A stretch of DNA of 58,420 bases, taken from positions 1 to 58,420 of the IMG/VR virus record IMGVR_UViG_3300026543_000167. One strand, 5' to 3'. Position 1 is the first letter of the stretch; the number at the start of each line of letters is the position of its first letter. The position numbers and the translations under genes are program-made. Below are positions 56,980 to 58,420 of the stretch, in pieces. The DNA comes from a virus (lineage: Duplodnaviria; Caudoviricetes). The notes under the pieces were generated by a model. The model made no database searches, was not told where the DNA came from, and was given only the letters and a program-made list of their open reading frames with translations.

Positions 56980-58420
56980 TTATTGCGTCGCGTAGATAGT
57001 TGCGTATTGGGTAGTGATACCGCTTGATCCTGAATTGCGTGTGATCTGTGGCTTGATCTGATCGCCAACAACGGCCTCAAGCGGGAATGTTTTTGTGACA
57101 CTTTGGGAAGCTGATGCGACCGCGACCAGCGATTCAACATTGTCCGGCAAATCAACAAATCCGGCACCAACGTCATGTTCCCATTTGAAACGGAAATCCA
57201 CCGTTCCGCCCGAGCTCTCCACTGTGAAATCGAAGGTGATATAGCCGTCGAATGGTTCCGCGCCGAAATATTCAAAGGTGCCGGTCACCTCATCGATTAG
57301 TTTCCAGCGCTCGATTGTAGTACCGGGAACAAGCGCCGTTCCAACCGTACCGAATACCAGATCGGTAAACGTATTGTTGACAATGGCACCGTTCGCGGTC
57401 GAGTTATCATTAACGAAGCCTGTTGCGATGTATTTGCTGTCTGCATTGCCGGGATTATCACTACTGAGCACTCGCGGATCGGTCTGATCGATGCCAGACG
57501 TATCCCATGTCGCTGTTGTGTCAATCGTGAACGTGCGGTTAATTTCAAATGTGTTTGTCTGGGTGTTGAAGATGGTAGCGCCACCATCATAGTCAGTCGC
57601 CAGGTCAGTATCTATAACAAGGGTCTGGCCGTCGCTCAAACCGTGGCTGGCATCAAAAAGACTCACAATATTGGACAGGAAGCTGCCAGTCTCCGTTGTC
57701 CCGAAGGCGATGAAATCGATCTCGAAAAAGCCCGCGCCAACAGTGGTAAGTATAAACGTGCCGTTGTAGTCGGTGTTCGTGGTAAACCCACTGATCACCA
57801 CCTCCTGATGAACGAACATGGTGGGACCGACAGTGAAGTTGAACCGGGCCACACCGGATGAGTCGGTTACACTCGTGATGGCGGTCGCGGAGATAGCGGC
57901 GTCGGTAAAGTCAACAATGCTACCGGTCGTTCCCACTGTGTCGAACAGAGTCCCAGAAATCCCGGAGTTGGTAATGACAAACCGAGACGCTATATTCAAT
58001 GCTGGGTCAACCCTGACAAGTGACTCAGATGCACCAAGCGATCCCGATATCGAGTTGAGAGTATAAGTGGCGTCCGCGAATACATTGTTGATCTCGATCA
58101 GCGGCACGCTGACGCCGGCAAACGGGAAGATATCGACATCGAGCATCAGGAGGTTGGACACCTCAGTCAGTGTCAGGGTGTCCTGGAAGTCGCCAAGCGC
58201 GATGCTGGTAATGAAAATAAGCGGCCCTGCCGAATTCGTAGATGAGCGGCCGATCGATCCCATGCTCCAGCTGGTCAGCGATATCTGATCGCAGGCAACA
58301 ATATTGAACGGTCCCGCTAAGACGTTAAACAGAGTGCCTGTACTGGATGCGGTTAAAGGTGCTTGAATAATTACCGTAGAATCTAATGCGGTGATAAATG
58401 TGCCAGTGCCGCTGTAAGTC
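56980..58420 (-). CDS. Partial large tail-fibre/adhesin-like protein (open to the right edge)
   Basis: The frame stays open upstream of 58263 to the window end; T/S/D/G-rich; visibly richer in GC. Confidence 0.65.
   Translation of the reverse strand, partial: TYSGTGTFITALDSTVIIQAPLTASSTGTLFNVLAGPFNIVACDQISLTSWSMGSIGRSSTNSAGPLIFITSIALGDFQDTLTLTEVSNLLMLDVDIFPFAGVSVPLIEINNVFADATYTLNSISGSLGASESLVRVDPALNIASRFVITNSGISGTLFDTVGTTGSIVDFTDAAISATAITSVTDSSGVARFNFTVGPTMFVHQEVVISGFTTNTDYNGTFILTTVGAGFFEIDFIAFGTTETGSFLSNIVSLFDASHGLSDGQTLVIDTDLATDYDGGATIFNTQTNTFEINRTFTIDTTATWDTSGIDQTDPRVLSSDNPGNADSKYIATGFVNDNSTANGAIVNNTFTDLVFGTVGTALVPGTTIERWKLIDEVTGTFEYFGAEPFDGYITFDFTVESSGGTVDFRFKWEHDVGAGFVDLPDNVESLVAVASASQSVTKTFPLEAVVGDQIKPQITRNSGSSGITTQYATIYATQ

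Overview
The window is most of the genome of a temperate P22-like (podovirus-type) phage, almost entirely on the minus strand. It carries terminase, portal, scaffold, P22-type coat, gp4/gp10-like head completion, three ejection proteins, two paralogous tail-fibre genes, an M15 endolysin, a CI-like repressor, ERF, a replication initiator, a tyrosine integrase and a tRNA-Glu-based attP. The main find is an RNA-guided TIGR-Tas-type system. A 353-aa Nop-domain (IS110-related) protein with no recognisable nuclease domain (23444-24505) is followed, overlapping its stop codon, by a 29-unit array. Each 36-nt unit has two alternating 9-nt repeats and two 9-nt variable spacers (22400-23445). A second, orphan 15-unit array with the same repeats (8140-8688) lies directly behind a tRNA-Arg. 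It shares one identical unit with the first array and shows half-spacer reshuffling. The accessory region also holds an amber-suppressor (CUA) tRNA next to a Pth2-like gene, several unannotated structured-RNA families, orphan antitoxins and host-like cargo: a type IV pilin with a sigma54 promoter, a PilX-like protein, an outer-membrane beta-barrel, a cytochrome P460/c'-beta protein, a glutaredoxin-like protein and KhpA. All family calls come from reading motifs by eye; no searches were run.
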